NCBI RefSeq assembly: GCF_011745625.1 | Contig: NW_027191452.1 | Coordinates: forward strand, 1,054,001-1,118,000 | Reading direction: 5' to 3' | Length of the DNA stretch: 64,000 nucleotides | Source of the DNA: Cladosporium halotolerans | Taxonomy: Eukaryota | Made by a program: the position numbers and the translations under genes | Notes under the pieces: model-generated | Databases searched by the model: none | What the model saw: only the letters and a program-made list of their open reading frames with translations | What the model was told of the DNA's origin: nothing | In this document: positions 48,287-60,937 of the stretch, one piece after another | Layout of the letters: each line of letters begins with the position of its first letter | How positions within the stretch are numbered: position 1 is the first letter of the stretch

Positions 48287-48694
48287 GTTTCGTGCTTGTC
48301 AACTATGGAGACGCTTACGTTAAAGAAACGGCTGAGGAACGTCAGAACGAGGGTGGCCCTCGTTTTCTTGAAGCTTGAGCGGGTGGAAAATTGGCGGGGT
48401 TGCGGGGTCTGCAGAGAGACATGGGTGCAGATAAGGCTTTCAGATATGACAAACTTGCATTGGCCATTATTATTGCTGAATCAAACAAAACCATACATAT
48501 GTACGAAAAGGTATACGCTACTACAAAAGCAGAAGATGGGCGCGAACACATTCTCGACAAGAACAAGGCCATCGATCAATCAAAGCTCAATCCTCGAAAT
48601 TGACAACAGTAACGCCTGGTCGCCTTGAACTCTCTCCACCCATCTCAACTCCGAACGAAAGTCGCTTCCTGTTGGTCACTGGTGTCGCACCAAG

Positions 48695-49894
48695 TCAAGC
48701 CTCAGACTTTCTCTTCTTCTTCTTGTCCTTCTTGGGCTTGTCGCTGCTGGCATCGGAGGCGGGGACAACAGGAGCGGCGGCAGCAGCAGCAGCGGCCTCG
48801 GCCTCGGCCTCGGCCTCGGCCTCAGCGGCCTTCTCAGCCTTGGTCTTGCGACCACGCTTCTTCTTGGTGCCCTCTTCGCCAGTCTCAGCGGCAGCCTTGC
48901 GCTTCAGCTCGGGGCTGGAGCTCTTGCGCTGAGAAGAGGAGGGAGCAGGGACAGGAACGGTGGGGTTGATGCTGCTGAACTGCGGCGTGGCAGGGACGTC
49001 CTCTGCAGGTTTCGCGTCCTTCTTGGTCTTCTTCATGGCAGACTTGGGCGTCTTCTTGGCCTCCGGGCTGGCGACCTTGGGCGGAGGAGGCGGCATGGCA
49101 GGTGCGGCTTCTTCCTCAGAGGAAGACTCGCTCTCAGTGTCGCTTGCCTCGCCCTCTTTCTCCGCGGCACCGTTGGCCTGCGCCTCTTCGACGACGCCCT
49201 CACCGTTGGCGGCCTTGTAGGCAGCGACCTCACGGTCATAGTCCTTGAGCGCGCGCTGGTAGGCTTCCTTGTAAGGAGCCTGGTCCTCCTCGCTCATCGC
49301 CTTCCAGCGCTCAGTAGCGGCCTTGCTAATGTCGCCAGGCTTGCCGGGGCCGTTGCTGTCCTTGGCCATTTGCTGCGCAAGCGGGCCGCGCTGCTCCTGC
49401 AGGTAGCGGAAGTAGGCAGTCAACGGCCGCTTGGGCGCGTTCGGGTCGCGCGGCTTGTAGTTGCGCTTCTTCTTGCCGTCGGCCTCGACTGGCGCGGCGG
49501 TCGCCGGGGCCTGGCCGTCTTGCTGCTGGTGCGCGAGCGCGAGCTGTGCGAGCTGCGGTGCGGCAATGCCGTGGAAGGGCTGCTGCAGCATGGACACATC
49601 GAGCGTCGCGAGGGAAGCGTCGCCGGCGAGGACGACGTTGGTGTGGTCGATGTAAGCCTTCACGGCGCGGTCGATAGACGACGACAGCGACACATACGCC
49701 GAAGTAAGCTGGCAGGTGCATCAGCGCGTTGCTCGTGGAAAGTGCGCGATTGTTATTCGCATGTTGTGACCGGCGCGGTCGCGTCGCAACGCGCGCCGAC
49801 AGGACGACGCCGTACTTACCGCATCCCTGGTGCGCACGAACTCGTGCACGTCGATCGTGATCTTCTTCGTTTCGTCTACCGTGTCGTTCGCCAT
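48695..49894 (-). CDS. HMG-box chromatin protein with Lys-rich tail
   Basis: RDPNAPKRPLTAYFRY..W..MSEEDQAPY; exon 1 MANDTVDE..EFVRTRDA. Confidence 0.88.
48793..48823. repeat. (GGCCTC)n coding microsatellite (Glu-Ala repeat) inside the HMG gene
   Basis: About five tandem GGCCTC units next to a GCA run (poly-Ala). Confidence 0.7.
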
Positions 49895-50397
49895 TGTGAA
49901 TGCGGCTTTTTGCAGCGCAGACAAGGCAGCGTTGTTGAGATGTTGCAGGTGGTGGGTGAAGTCGAGAGGGTGTCGGGCGCAACGCGGAATGCGACGGGTA
50001 ATCGAATTGGTGAGAATTTGACGGTCGGGGGCGAGGGGTCGCGCTGGCGCTGGCGCTCGTGCACGGTGCCTTTTGATTAAGCACCGCTCGTCAGATGACG
50101 CCAGCTGGGAGCTCATTTTGCACTGGGACAGCTAGAAGTTTGATTGAAAGCCCTGGCAATTCCGGGGCTCCCAGCCATCGCATTTTAAACCATTCGGCGC
50201 TGTCTGCCACCCTCTATTCGATGGCATCTGTTGTGCAACGTCGCTCGCGGGGCGGTGTCAGAGCAACCGCCCAACGACAAGGATAACATGCATCTTCCCA
50301 GCCTCCTTCACATCTTGCAGCGACTTTGTGACCTGTCTATATTCATCTTGGTTACATTTGCGATAAGACTCGCTGCCAAATAAGCTACTGTACAATC

Positions 50398-52419
50398 TCA
50401 GATAATGCCTTCCTCGGACACGTTCACCTGCACTTTGAGTCCCCACGCCGGATCGCCACTCCAATTCTTTTTCTTGCCTGCCTTCTCGATTTTTCTGATG
50501 TTGTCCTCGATAGTCTTCTTGAAATGGGACGGGTCGTTCTTGACTTTTTGCAAGGAAATCGTTAGCACAAGCCCAAGCTTGTTCTTCTTCTTGCCCGCGG
50601 TCCAGGTCCAGTCCGCCGAGAACAGGACTTTGGGCCTAGAGTGGTGGATTTTGCCGGTCGGGTACAAGCACGTGATCAAGTATCCAACCCGACCAAGATA
50701 TTGTGCCCACCAAACGTCCTTAGCACTGATGATGCTACGGAGTGCCTCACGGAAGTCCACTTCGCGAGGCGGTAGCTCACCACGGTATCGCGCCTGTAGC
50801 ATGAGCGCCAACCTTGCGCGATCTTGGTGAGAGACGCCGTGCGTCGAGGACATGATGCCAGTCGAAGTGCTGTACAGCGCCGCCGTCGAAGCCGTCTCTT
50901 TGGACATGAACATGTGGACGTACATGACATTGGCGAAGGCGTCGATGACATGATGTCCAAACTCATGGGGGAACGACCTGGAGCCGTCGTGCGAGTTCTC
51001 GGGAATTGCGCTTTCGAGCAGGTCCTGAATGTGCTTCCTGTTTCCAGGTACGAAGTTGCGGGTGGATACTTCCAGAGGTGCCTGCTTGCGAATTGACACT
51101 GGTAGGTCTCGGAAAAGGTAGCCCTCGCGAACGCCTCCCTGGCAGAAGTGTGCCTCATCGATGCCGAGAGGAATGGCTTCGGCCAAGGCATTGACCAGAA
51201 ATGCGACTGACGGGACCTGTGCCCTGCGTCTGTCTGACACTCGGAAGACGTTTTCAGCAGCTTTCGCGATCTCTTTGATTTTCTCAGTGTCTTGGAACTT
51301 GTCCCGGCCGACCGTATATCCCTGTGAAGAGTCAGTCAAGCACGCGATTTCTCTCCAATTTCGTAGAACTGCTCACGTTAATAATCGAAATCGGATAGTA
51401 GTGCTCATCTGTTTGGTCCAGATACAAGAGCAGGTATCCCCACCCTCGGAATCCGCCACCAGACAGGTAAATACGGAAGCCGCCGTCTGCTTTCGCCTGC
51501 TCCTTGAGGACATCAGGGATCTCAAGGTTATCGTAAGCGTGTCTGAAGTTCGCGATCATCTCCTTTCGAAACTCGTCCACAGACTTCTTGGCTTCATCCT
51601 TGTCTTTGCCGTCCTTGAGTTCCTCTAGTTTCTTGGTGAGAGCGGCCGCTCCATACGGGAAACTGAAAGCTCCCCGAGGACTTGTCCGAATGTTGCCGTC
51701 CTGGCTGATAATCCAGCTGATCTGTGTGCTGCCGCCGCCAAGGTCCATTACCAGACCCTCCATGGCCATGAAGCCACTCGCAATGCCCAATGCGCCGACC
51801 TGACCTTCATCCTCCTTATCGAGCAGCTTCACATCCCAGCCTGTAGCGGCTTTGATAGAGCTCAGCAGCTGCGCAGAATTCTTTGCCACTCGAGTTGCCT
51901 CAGTTGCGAGGACGTGAATCTGGTCGTCGGCTACCCTGAAGTCCGAGCAGATAATCTGAAAGCGACGCAATGCGTTGCAAACAGCATCGATTGTCTTTTT
52001 AGGGATTGGTATCTGCAAGCCAGTGGAGTCGTCGAATTGAGCATCGTACAGAGAGATGGAGGAGCGATAGACCATGACAGCAGGCATGATGCGTGTCATT
52101 GGCTCCGAGAGATCTGAAATCGAGAAGCGAATACCGTTGCTATTTCGTTTTGTCAGTCATCCCACTGGACTACTTGGAACACAGCCTGCACGACGGCATG
52201 GTCTCACCTGCCCATATCCACAATTCCAACAAGCCTGTCACGATGGCCGCTCCATGGTGGGTGGGGACGTTCACCGGCCATTGTGGAAGCCCTGTACGGG
52301 CTTGGGGATCCTTGCGAATGAGGACTCCATTCAATGCTCTCTGCTTCATCTGGTGTGAGGATTTCTTCAAAGTCCGACATGTCGGACAATGTCAACTCTT
52401 CCATTGCTTCGTACGACAT
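50398..52419 (-). CDS. RTG2: Ppx/GppA-family protein, retrograde regulation protein 2-like
   Basis: GIVDMG|SNGIRFSI, ATEATR, DLGGGSTQ, LSGGGFRGWG, GGVREG; two introns. Confidence 0.85.
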
Positions 52420-53670
52420 GATGTGCTTTGGAATCTGGACTCATCCACACAAAGCGAAGTCTGCTTCTGGCAAGCAAATGCACTCTCTCGGTACAGCGTC
52501 GCGGTAGGGTCTTACTTCAATGCTTCAGTTGAGAGTTCGAAGTTACTCGGTGGGAATTGGATGTACAGTAGTCACAATGCTAAACACAGTAAGGTGAAGT
52601 GTCTGCTCAATGGTCACGGAAGGTAGGCATTCAACGTGGATTAACGAGGTGAGTAAGAAGATTGGAGCGACGCAACTGCTCACTCCGACTTGAGTACCTT
52701 GGTGAGGTGCTGCGTTGCCAAGTGCTCCTCCATGCATGAGCTTGGAAGTGGGACCATCCCCGCGATGCGGCAAGCCCCGACTGGTCGATCCAGACCAAGG
52801 GGACGCCAACCCCCAGCCACACGCGCCACGGAGAGCGCTCTGGTGGTTTTCCGCGTGCTGTGTCCACGTGATTTCAATTGATGATATCCTCTGTTCGCAG
52901 CGGGCCGCCAGTGTTGGCCCATGAACGGTTTGGAAGCCCTGTTCCATGTCGCGGTGTTCCACATTGCCTTCATTGAAATGTCATTTTCTTCGTCCAGGAA
53001 CGTCACCTGCCCCTTGTCACCTCGACAGTGGTTCGGCTTGCATTGCCGTGGGCCCCGTTTGCGAGATCTGTTCAAATATTCCGCCTGAGATGTGCTTCCC
53101 ATGGTCTCTCATAGGTGGTAAAGACTCGGAAAACCACAACCTGATGAACGGCGTTCCTGGGAGATGGTTCAGCCGCCAAGCGAGGACAAACTTTGAGAGT
53201 GGTCCACCGCTCACTTTCACTCCACTTAAATTATCTGGAGATCCATTCCGGTCGTTTTCCGTTACCGTGTGTCTCCACCATCCATGTCATGAAATCAATT
53301 GCTAGCTCTGCAATGTTACATTCGCTGACTCGCATGCGAAAATGCTTCCCCCAGGCACGTGGCAGCCTCACGCCCAGGCCACCGAGCGGATGATCGTACC
53401 AATGGCATCGATGGATGTGTTCCACTGGGGTGACTCTGAGCCGACTCCTCAATGACGTTCGCCTCTTTCAAAGGCCGAAGGTAGGTATAAAATGTTTGAG
53501 GGTCTTTACGGCATTGACGAAACGCCTCGCTAGAGATTGTTCAGACTACTTTGCATTGTGCCAAATCGAGCTCTTCGCGTCTATACATCGAATTATTTCT
53601 CCATCTCCGCTATCACTTGCTAGAGTGGCGCAATTCCTAGTTTTCGATTGCACCACGCCATATCCCGCTC

Positions 53671-55971
53671 ATGCTGTTAAGGGCAATATGCTGGGCGCTA
53701 GCGGTCCTACCAGCCAACTCGTCCTCAAACAAAAGACATACGCGAACCAAAACAAACGTCTGGAAGCTCGGCTCTTATGAAGTCAACATTGAGCATGAAA
53801 GCATAACACTTTCCCATGGCAACGAGACGATCTGGTCAACTGCTTCCACCTGGCCAATCATCAGTGCTAGCCACGGAGAAGATATTGTAGAATCATCAGA
53901 CGGCGCATTCAACATCACGAATGTCGAAAAAGACAAGTGCCAGGGTCAGAACGTCAGCGGCATCGATTTCGCACCACTGGACAACGCAAACTTCTCCACA
54001 TCGATCGTGATCTCAGGACACCTTCTTGACTGCGGTACCAAAACCGCCCCTTACTCTCTGAAACTGTGGCTTCCGGAGGACCTGCCGAACCGTGTATCAT
54101 TCCGAATCGAAGTGAGCGACGAAAGCACTTCCAATACCACCCTCAATAAGGTCTTCCTGAATCTCCCTTCCACCCAAGAGGAGGGTGTATATGGACTAGG
54201 AGCTCAAGCATCTTTTGGCTCGCTGAAGAATCAGACCGTCCCTGTCTTTACCCGAGAGCAAGGTGTCGGTCGCGGAGATGAGCCCATTACAAGCCTCCAG
54301 AATGAGGACGGCGAGTTCCACGGTGGCGACAGATATACCACATACACCGCTAATCCGTCATATGTCACCACCAGCGGAGGATTCTTCTATCTCACTGAGG
54401 AATCGACGGGGTATTCAACCTTCAACTTCACAGAACCAAACTCGGTCGAGATTCGATATGACAGTCTGAGCGTCGAAGGTGCATTTGGCAGAGGCACCGA
54501 CATGTTCGAAGCTGTCGAACTGCTCACCCAGTACACTGGAAGAATGCCTGCGCTTCCCAAATGGGTTGACCAAGGTGCCATTCTGGGCATCCAAGGCGGT
54601 GAGGAGAAGGTGCAATCAATTGTGCAGCAAGGACTCAATCATAGCTGCCCTATTGCAGGCGTTTGGCTGCAGGATTGGGAAGGTATACACGAGCAACCTG
54701 GGCCTTACGTGAACATCAGTCGCCTGTGGTGGAATTGGGAGTCAGATGAAGAGTTGTACCCCAGATGGACGGAGTTTGTACAGAACTTGCGAGATGACTT
54801 CAACGTCCGGACGCTCAGCTACGTCAACACGTTCCTCACGAATGTCAGCACCAAGGCATCAGGCTATCAGCGCAATCTCTACGAAGAGGCGGACAGGCTT
54901 GGCTACTTTGTTCTCAATACTACCACCAATGGCACCGCGGTCATATCCTCCGGCCCAGGGTTAGAAGCGGGAATCGTCGACATCACGAACCCCGATGTTC
55001 AAGCGTGGTTCGCAGAGATCATGCGTGACCAAGTCTGGAACGCAAACATCAGCGGCTTCATGACCGACTTTGGCGAATACACCCCTGTGACCCCAGACGT
55101 CAGCCTCTTCGGTATGGTCCGCGACGCTTACTACTACCACAACCGCTACCCTTACCTTTGGGCGCAACTCCAGCGCAGGATCGTGGAAAAGCTTGGCCTC
55201 GAGTCCGAAGCGCTGCTGTTCCACCGCTCGGCCTCCACAGGCTCGGCCAAATACACCAATCTTTTCTGGGTCGGCGACCAGAACGTCGGATGGGGAGTCA
55301 ACGACGGGCTCAAGTCAGCCGTCACTAGCCAGGTCCACATGGGTCTGTCGGGCTATGCTCAGCTGCACTCGGACATCGGCGGATACACGACCACTCTCAC
55401 GTACGACGACTACAACTTGACCAGGTCGGCCGAGCTGCTAGGCCGTTGGGGCGAGATGGCGGCAGTCAGCAGTGCTGTGTTCCGCAGCCACGAGGGTAAC
55501 ATCCCATCTGTCAATGCGCAATTTTACTCCAACGCCTCGACTTACGACTGGTACGCGTATAATGCGCGGATGTTCGTTGCTCTAGGGCCCTACAGACGCC
55601 ACATCCTGGAGACGGAAAGTGAGACAAAAGGTTGGCCACTCTTGCGCGGGCCGGTAATGTATCATCCGAGCGACTTGAGGACCCATCACATCAGCTATGA
55701 AAGCTTCTACCTCGGCGCTCACTTGTATGTGGCTCCTGTCCTCGACCCCGAAGTCAGGGAATTGAGCGTCTACTTGCCAGGAGACGTGAGCAGGAGCTTC
55801 ACCCATGTCTGGACAAATGAGACATTCCATGGAGGGCAAGACGTCAAGGTTCCCGCCCCGTTGGGAAAGCCGGCGGTCTTCCTGGTTGATGATGCCGTCG
55901 CTAGAGTCTCAGAGCTGGCACCCTTCCTCGAGTTTGTTAGGAGAGAAAACGGCACGGCCATTTGCGTATAG
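53671..55971 (+). CDS. Secreted GH31 glycosidase, YihQ/sulfoquinovosidase-like, intronless
   Basis: Signal peptide; EQGVGR, GIQGG, WLQDW, RLWWNW, FMTDFGEY (nucleophile), WVGDQ (acid/base), HSDIGGYT, RSHEGN. Confidence 0.88.
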   Translation: MLLRAICWALAVLPANSSSNKRHTRTKTNVWKLGSYEVNIEHESITLSHGNETIWSTASTWPIISASHGEDIVESSDGAFNITNVEKDKCQGQNVSGIDFAPLDNANFSTSIVISGHLLDCGTKTAPYSLKLWLPEDLPNRVSFRIEVSDESTSNTTLNKVFLNLPSTQEEGVYGLGAQASFGSLKNQTVPVFTREQGVGRGDEPITSLQNEDGEFHGGDRYTTYTANPSYVTTSGGFFYLTEESTGYSTFNFTEPNSVEIRYDSLSVEGAFGRGTDMFEAVELLTQYTGRMPALPKWVDQGAILGIQGGEEKVQSIVQQGLNHSCPIAGVWLQDWEGIHEQPGPYVNISRLWWNWESDEELYPRWTEFVQNLRDDFNVRTLSYVNTFLTNVSTKASGYQRNLYEEADRLGYFVLNTTTNGTAVISSGPGLEAGIVDITNPDVQAWFAEIMRDQVWNANISGFMTDFGEYTPVTPDVSLFGMVRDAYYYHNRYPYLWAQLQRRIVEKLGLESEALLFHRSASTGSAKYTNLFWVGDQNVGWGVNDGLKSAVTSQVHMGLSGYAQLHSDIGGYTTTLTYDDYNLTRSAELLGRWGEMAAVSSAVFRSHEGNIPSVNAQFYSNASTYDWYAYNARMFVALGPYRRHILETESETKGWPLLRGPVMYHPSDLRTHHISYESFYLGAHLYVAPVLDPEVRELSVYLPGDVSRSFTHVWTNETFHGGQDVKVPAPLGKPAVFLVDDAVARVSELAPFLEFVRRENGTAICV

Positions 55972-56133
55972 AGGCCGTAGAACGTGGGCGAAAGAATATG
56001 ACTACAAAGAGTAACTTTTAGTACGAAAGAAAACAACCCATCGAGAGCAATCGATCTATCAACGTTCTCTTAAGACTATGATGTTCCAAATGTGGAGAGT
56101 ATAAACGCCATTCTGGCTAAGCGGTAAGGTATA

Positions 56134-57806
56134 TCATGGCGCGTACCGGAATCCCTCCACGCCTTCCAAAGCTGGTCTCTTGCCCTCGTCAGCAAGTCGA
56201 TTCTGGCGCTTGAAGTACATCGACAGAGAGAAGGTGACAATGCAGTAGAGTATCTGCAGAGTGATGGTTGTCCACATCCCTGGCAGATACTGCGGCGCGT
56301 CCTGGCTTCTGAAGATAGTGCTGCCGCAAATACCTCCGATCGCGCCACCACTAATGCTGGCAGCGGCCACAAGGCCTCTCTTCTCCGGGCGGGCGGTTTG
56401 ATTCTGCCCGTACGCCAGCGAGCTGGGAATGTTGGACTGGCAACCGTAGATCGCAAGGAAGAGGCCGACGTAGCGTGCCGCAGGCACCACCGCGTAAAGC
56501 ACCATCAGGAGTCCAAGGACTGCCACAGCAGCTTGGAACACCATGACTGGCCAACGTATCCGCATTTTGTCGGAAACCCAGGCTGAGATGCAGCTGCAGA
56601 TGATTGCGAAGACATACGGAGGTGACTGCAATAGCTGACTCTCAGCGTAACTGAACCCCATTCCATCGCGCAAAATGACTGGCTGGAAGAAGGATAGCGA
56701 GTATACGCTTGTGCCAGCGACGAAGTACTGAAAGGCGCTGTTTCGGGTCAGTCACGGTATCTTCACGAGATTGACGACAAAACTTACTAAAGGCCGACTT
56801 TCCAATCGATGAGCATGATCAGTGTTTCTTTGAAGCTCGCGTGCTTGATCTCTTTACTTTCTTTTTCGAGACGGACTCTCGTCTGAGCGATGTGCTTTTG
56901 GCGCTCGGTAAGAAAGGTGGCCTTTTCCGGGAACTCAATCAAGAATAGCGGAGACAGCAGTCCAGCAACTATGGTTACCGCGCCCTCAATTATAAAGATC
57001 CATCGCCAGCCCTGTTGGTAGTCCGAGTCTGGGCCGCCGGCTCTTATGAGCGACAAAGCGTATGCAAATATAGGTCCAAACCCAGCAGCAATCATTGAAG
57101 CCATGTACTACCATCAGTCAGTGCTGTGCCTTCTTCCCAAGTTTTGTTCAACCACATACGAAGATTGAGACCCTTTGGGCGGTCTCGTATGTCCGATACC
57201 AGGAGGCGATCACGAAAATTGCACCGGGAAAAATGCCTGCGATTGTTAGTATGCCAGCATCCCAAGCGAACATGGAAATGACAGTATACCCGCTTCGAAT
57301 AAGCCCAGAAGCACTCTCAGCACAGCAAGGACTTCCCATCGCTGGATGAAGCCCATCCCAAGAACGCAAGCTCCCCAAGAGACCGCAAGAAAGCTGAGCC
57401 ACCAACGAGCGCCGATACGACGGATGGCGTAATTGGATGGGATCTCAAACAATGCATATGAAATGAAAAACACCAACAATGTGATCGAATAGCGCGGTCC
57501 GACGCTTAGTTGCACATCCTCATCCAAGCCCGCGATATACGCAGCAGAGATGTTGCTCCGATCAAGCATTGCAAGTCCAAATACGATGCAAAGCATTGGG
57601 AAGACGCGCAGGTCAACCTTCCGTCTGAAGCAGTGAGCCAACTATCTTGCGCCGCTCGAGAGTAGACAGACTTACACCAGCTTCTTTTCCTCCTCGGCAG
57701 TCCAGTCTCTTTCAGAATCATCCTCGCGATTTGACGCTGTTTCTGAGACAGTCTTTTCCAGTGGCGACTCGTAGCCGCCTCGCTTCTCGTCTTCGACGGC
57801 TGACAT
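56134..57806 (-). CDS. MFS anion:cation symporter (Dal5/Tna1-like), multi-exon
   Basis: RKVDLR, LDRSNI, FEIPSN, GLFEAG, GWRWIFIIEG, FRY.P terminus. Confidence 0.9.
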
Positions 57807-58662
57807 TCTGATAATCTAGTGCGACGCAAAACGCTGGGAAACCGTAGGATGAGTGAAAAATGCAGGAAGACTCATTTGATATACCTACAGGGTTGCAGTC
57901 GGCGTACAGACCTTGGCCGCTTGCCCGCCTTGGTGATCGTCCCACGCCAGCCGGCAGATGATGTGTACCCCGAAGTGGGTATCGATCTGCACAATAGGTC
58001 ACCAGCGATGATAACGTTCGAGGTTGACGATAAAAGCGTCGCATTATTTGGAGCACTGAAGAACGCCAAGATCGGCACATGCGGGGGAAAGAACTCCGAC
58101 ACCCCTTCGGCACCAAATGCGCAATACATACTTCGTTGCCCGACGACTTGTATCAACTTTGCAGTACGAGAAACAGGCAATTTCGCTGCTATTGGGCGTC
58201 CGTCTGAGACGAGGGTGAATGCATGAAGCCTTAGTATCATCCAATGCGCAGAACACGAATGGCCGCTTGCGGTTCGTCGTCGTGACAATCAGCGAAGCTG
58301 ATGGGCAGTACGACATTCACGCAGCATTGGAGGAATGATCAAAAATGAACCCAAGCTTGTGACTGCTTCTTCTCGGTCATTTCAGAGGCACATGCATGAC
58401 ACCCTTGAGATGCAATAGATTTGACGACCTTGTTTGACGTAGTCACATCAACATGGACGGCGGTAACGTATGCCAAAATCCGATAAAACCGGCGCATGGT
58501 GATCTAATGCTTACCTGAGATGCCCACCTTACTTGACACACGCATTCTAAGTGAGGAAAGCTCGATGTTAACAGTCTCACGTCTATGGATTAACTTACGT
58601 GAATGCTCTTGCGTTGCTGATCGTCACAAATTACGAACACGTTTGTCTACCAATCTCGCAAA

Positions 58663-59661
58663 ATGTCGCTGTTCAAGCCACTGGCTTCTGAATTTGCCGC
58701 TCTCAAAGATACTGTCGTCGTGATCAGCGGTATGCTCATCACAACCGCATTGAGCGACTCGGTTCATAGCTGACTCTCGCACTAGGGGGGTCTACAGGAA
58801 TCGGAGCTGCGACTGTAAAACTACTCCTGGACAATGGTGCCTCGGTCGTCCTTGGTGACACCAACGAGCCTGCTGGCAGGGACCTTTGTGACTCTAGGCC
58901 GAATGCCATCTTCACCAAATGCGACGTCACCAGCTACAGTGATATTTATGGCCTGTTCAAGCTCGCTTTCGAAAAGCATGGTCACATCAATCATGCCATC
59001 TCCTGCGCTGGTATATTTGAGCAGGGTAATTGGTTTGATCCAAGCCTGACCATTGACAACGTCAAGGACGACCCAGGCAACACCAAGGTCTTGGATGTCA
59101 ACGTGTTGGGGACTCTGCATTTTGCTCGCATCGCCGCAGTCTTCCTGCGCGCACAGAAGGCCGAGCTCAGTAACAGAACTCTGACTTTTCTGTCAAGCGT
59201 CAACGCATTCCGTGACAGCCCAGGTTTGTTCTTGTACCAGACATCCAAGCACGCGATCCAAGGCATACTACGTTCGACTCGAAAGACCCTTTTTGAGCGC
59301 GACGGCATCCGAGTCAACGCGGTCTGTCCCGGGGTCACGGAAACACCTATGACGGCTGCTATTATACAGCCATTCAAAGACGCCGGCCTTTTCTGGCAAC
59401 CGCCGGAGGCTGTTGCTGACGTTATTCTGGGCATTTTGACGTCTCAAGACATGAATGGTAAGGCTTTCTATGTGGAAGGTGGAGACGGCTATGAGTTTGA
59501 AGACAGCCTCTACACCACGCAACCGCAATGGTTGGGCGAAGAACCGACAAGGAGACTGCGAGCCAATACTGAAGCGGTGCGAAAGGTGTGTTCTCGCGCT
59601 GCATCCGCTCGTCCTGCCGCCAGACTTACACTGCTCCCAGGGCGTCCTCATACCGAAATAG
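58663..59661 (+). CDS. Short-chain dehydrogenase/reductase
   Basis: Spliced VVISGGSTGIG, CDVTSY, CAGI, YQTSK catalytic motif, RVNAVCPG; two introns; terminal exon GVLIPK*. Confidence 0.9.
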
Positions 59662-60937
59662 ATGTGCATCCTGCGGCCCGTCCGCCCACATTTGCAAAGA
59701 GCTTCCGGAGAAGACTTGAAGGCAGATCTGCGTCGCGTGGCAGTTGCAAGCTCGAGATTGCCGGCAGGTTCTCGTGTTTGGTTTCGCCACGCTGCGTGAG
59801 CTGTGCTCATTCGCCTTTTCCACGTGGCTTTAGCTCTCCGAACATGCCCGAAGAACTTTCAATAGTTCAAAAACAGCTCATCATGGCTATCAATCTGTGC
59901 TGATGTCTCCACTGCTGGGTCTCGATCTCATGCTGCTCCAGTTGCCCCGTGGGGAAATCCTCTGCGGCTCAAACGTGGGGGCAAGCTTCAGACGTCGCCG
60001 TTGTTCCAGACCAGGAACCAGGAACGGCTGCTCTGCTCGCTGTGCTCAGCATGAAAGTAGCATTTCTGGTCGATCGAGTTTCAGCGAGATACCATCATTT
60101 GCAAGCTAGACATTATCGCTCTGTCTGCAAGAGGCTGGTTCCTCAATCTCGGATGGGCAAGTCACCATGTTGGCGGAAGACACTCCGAGCTAATGCAAAT
60201 CACAGGACGATCTCCACGTGTATTGAGCATGGAAAGACGGTCTCTAGCCTGCGGTGTTACGGTTATACCATCCGTTGTTCCTCAACCATGCACAGACGAC
60301 GCGCCGTGTCGGACACGTGGGACCAAACATGGAAATCGACGCCGCTGAGCTCATATAAAAACCTTCTCCGCGTCAGGCCTTCCACTGCTGGTCTCCCGCG
60401 ACACAAACCAGCTAACGCCAGCTATTGGTGTGAAGTCGACCTGCCGGATATAAGTTCTCTCCCCACGGGGCTCGAGCGACCCTGCAGAACATTTCCGGCC
60501 CAGACTTCCCCTCAGCGAAGGGCGCAATAGCCTCATGGCGCTCCTCACGTCCGATTCTCGTCGCTTGCGCCTGCTGAGGCTACCAACCTAGCAAAATCTA
60601 GCGCGTACCCCGGCATCTTCCTGCAAGTCTGTTCGTCTCTAGCAGTTGCGATGATGTCGTCGTATTCACTCCCATATGCTCGGCGTCGTGAAGCCTATCG
60701 GGGGCAATTGTGGATTCATCGACCCGAGACTGTCACCGGCTCCTTGGTCGAGTGCGGTCGCTGTGTATATAGTATGCTCATCATCGCCGTCGTCGCTTCG
60801 TCGAAATTAGTTTGCCGAAGCCATTGATCCCTTGGGGTTACTTGGACTTTCTAATCTACGGATTGTTTCTCTGAAGGAGCATCTCCTTCCAACAAGTGCA
60901 TCGACTCTGCTGGGCATCATTAGGCCAAAACGTAACG

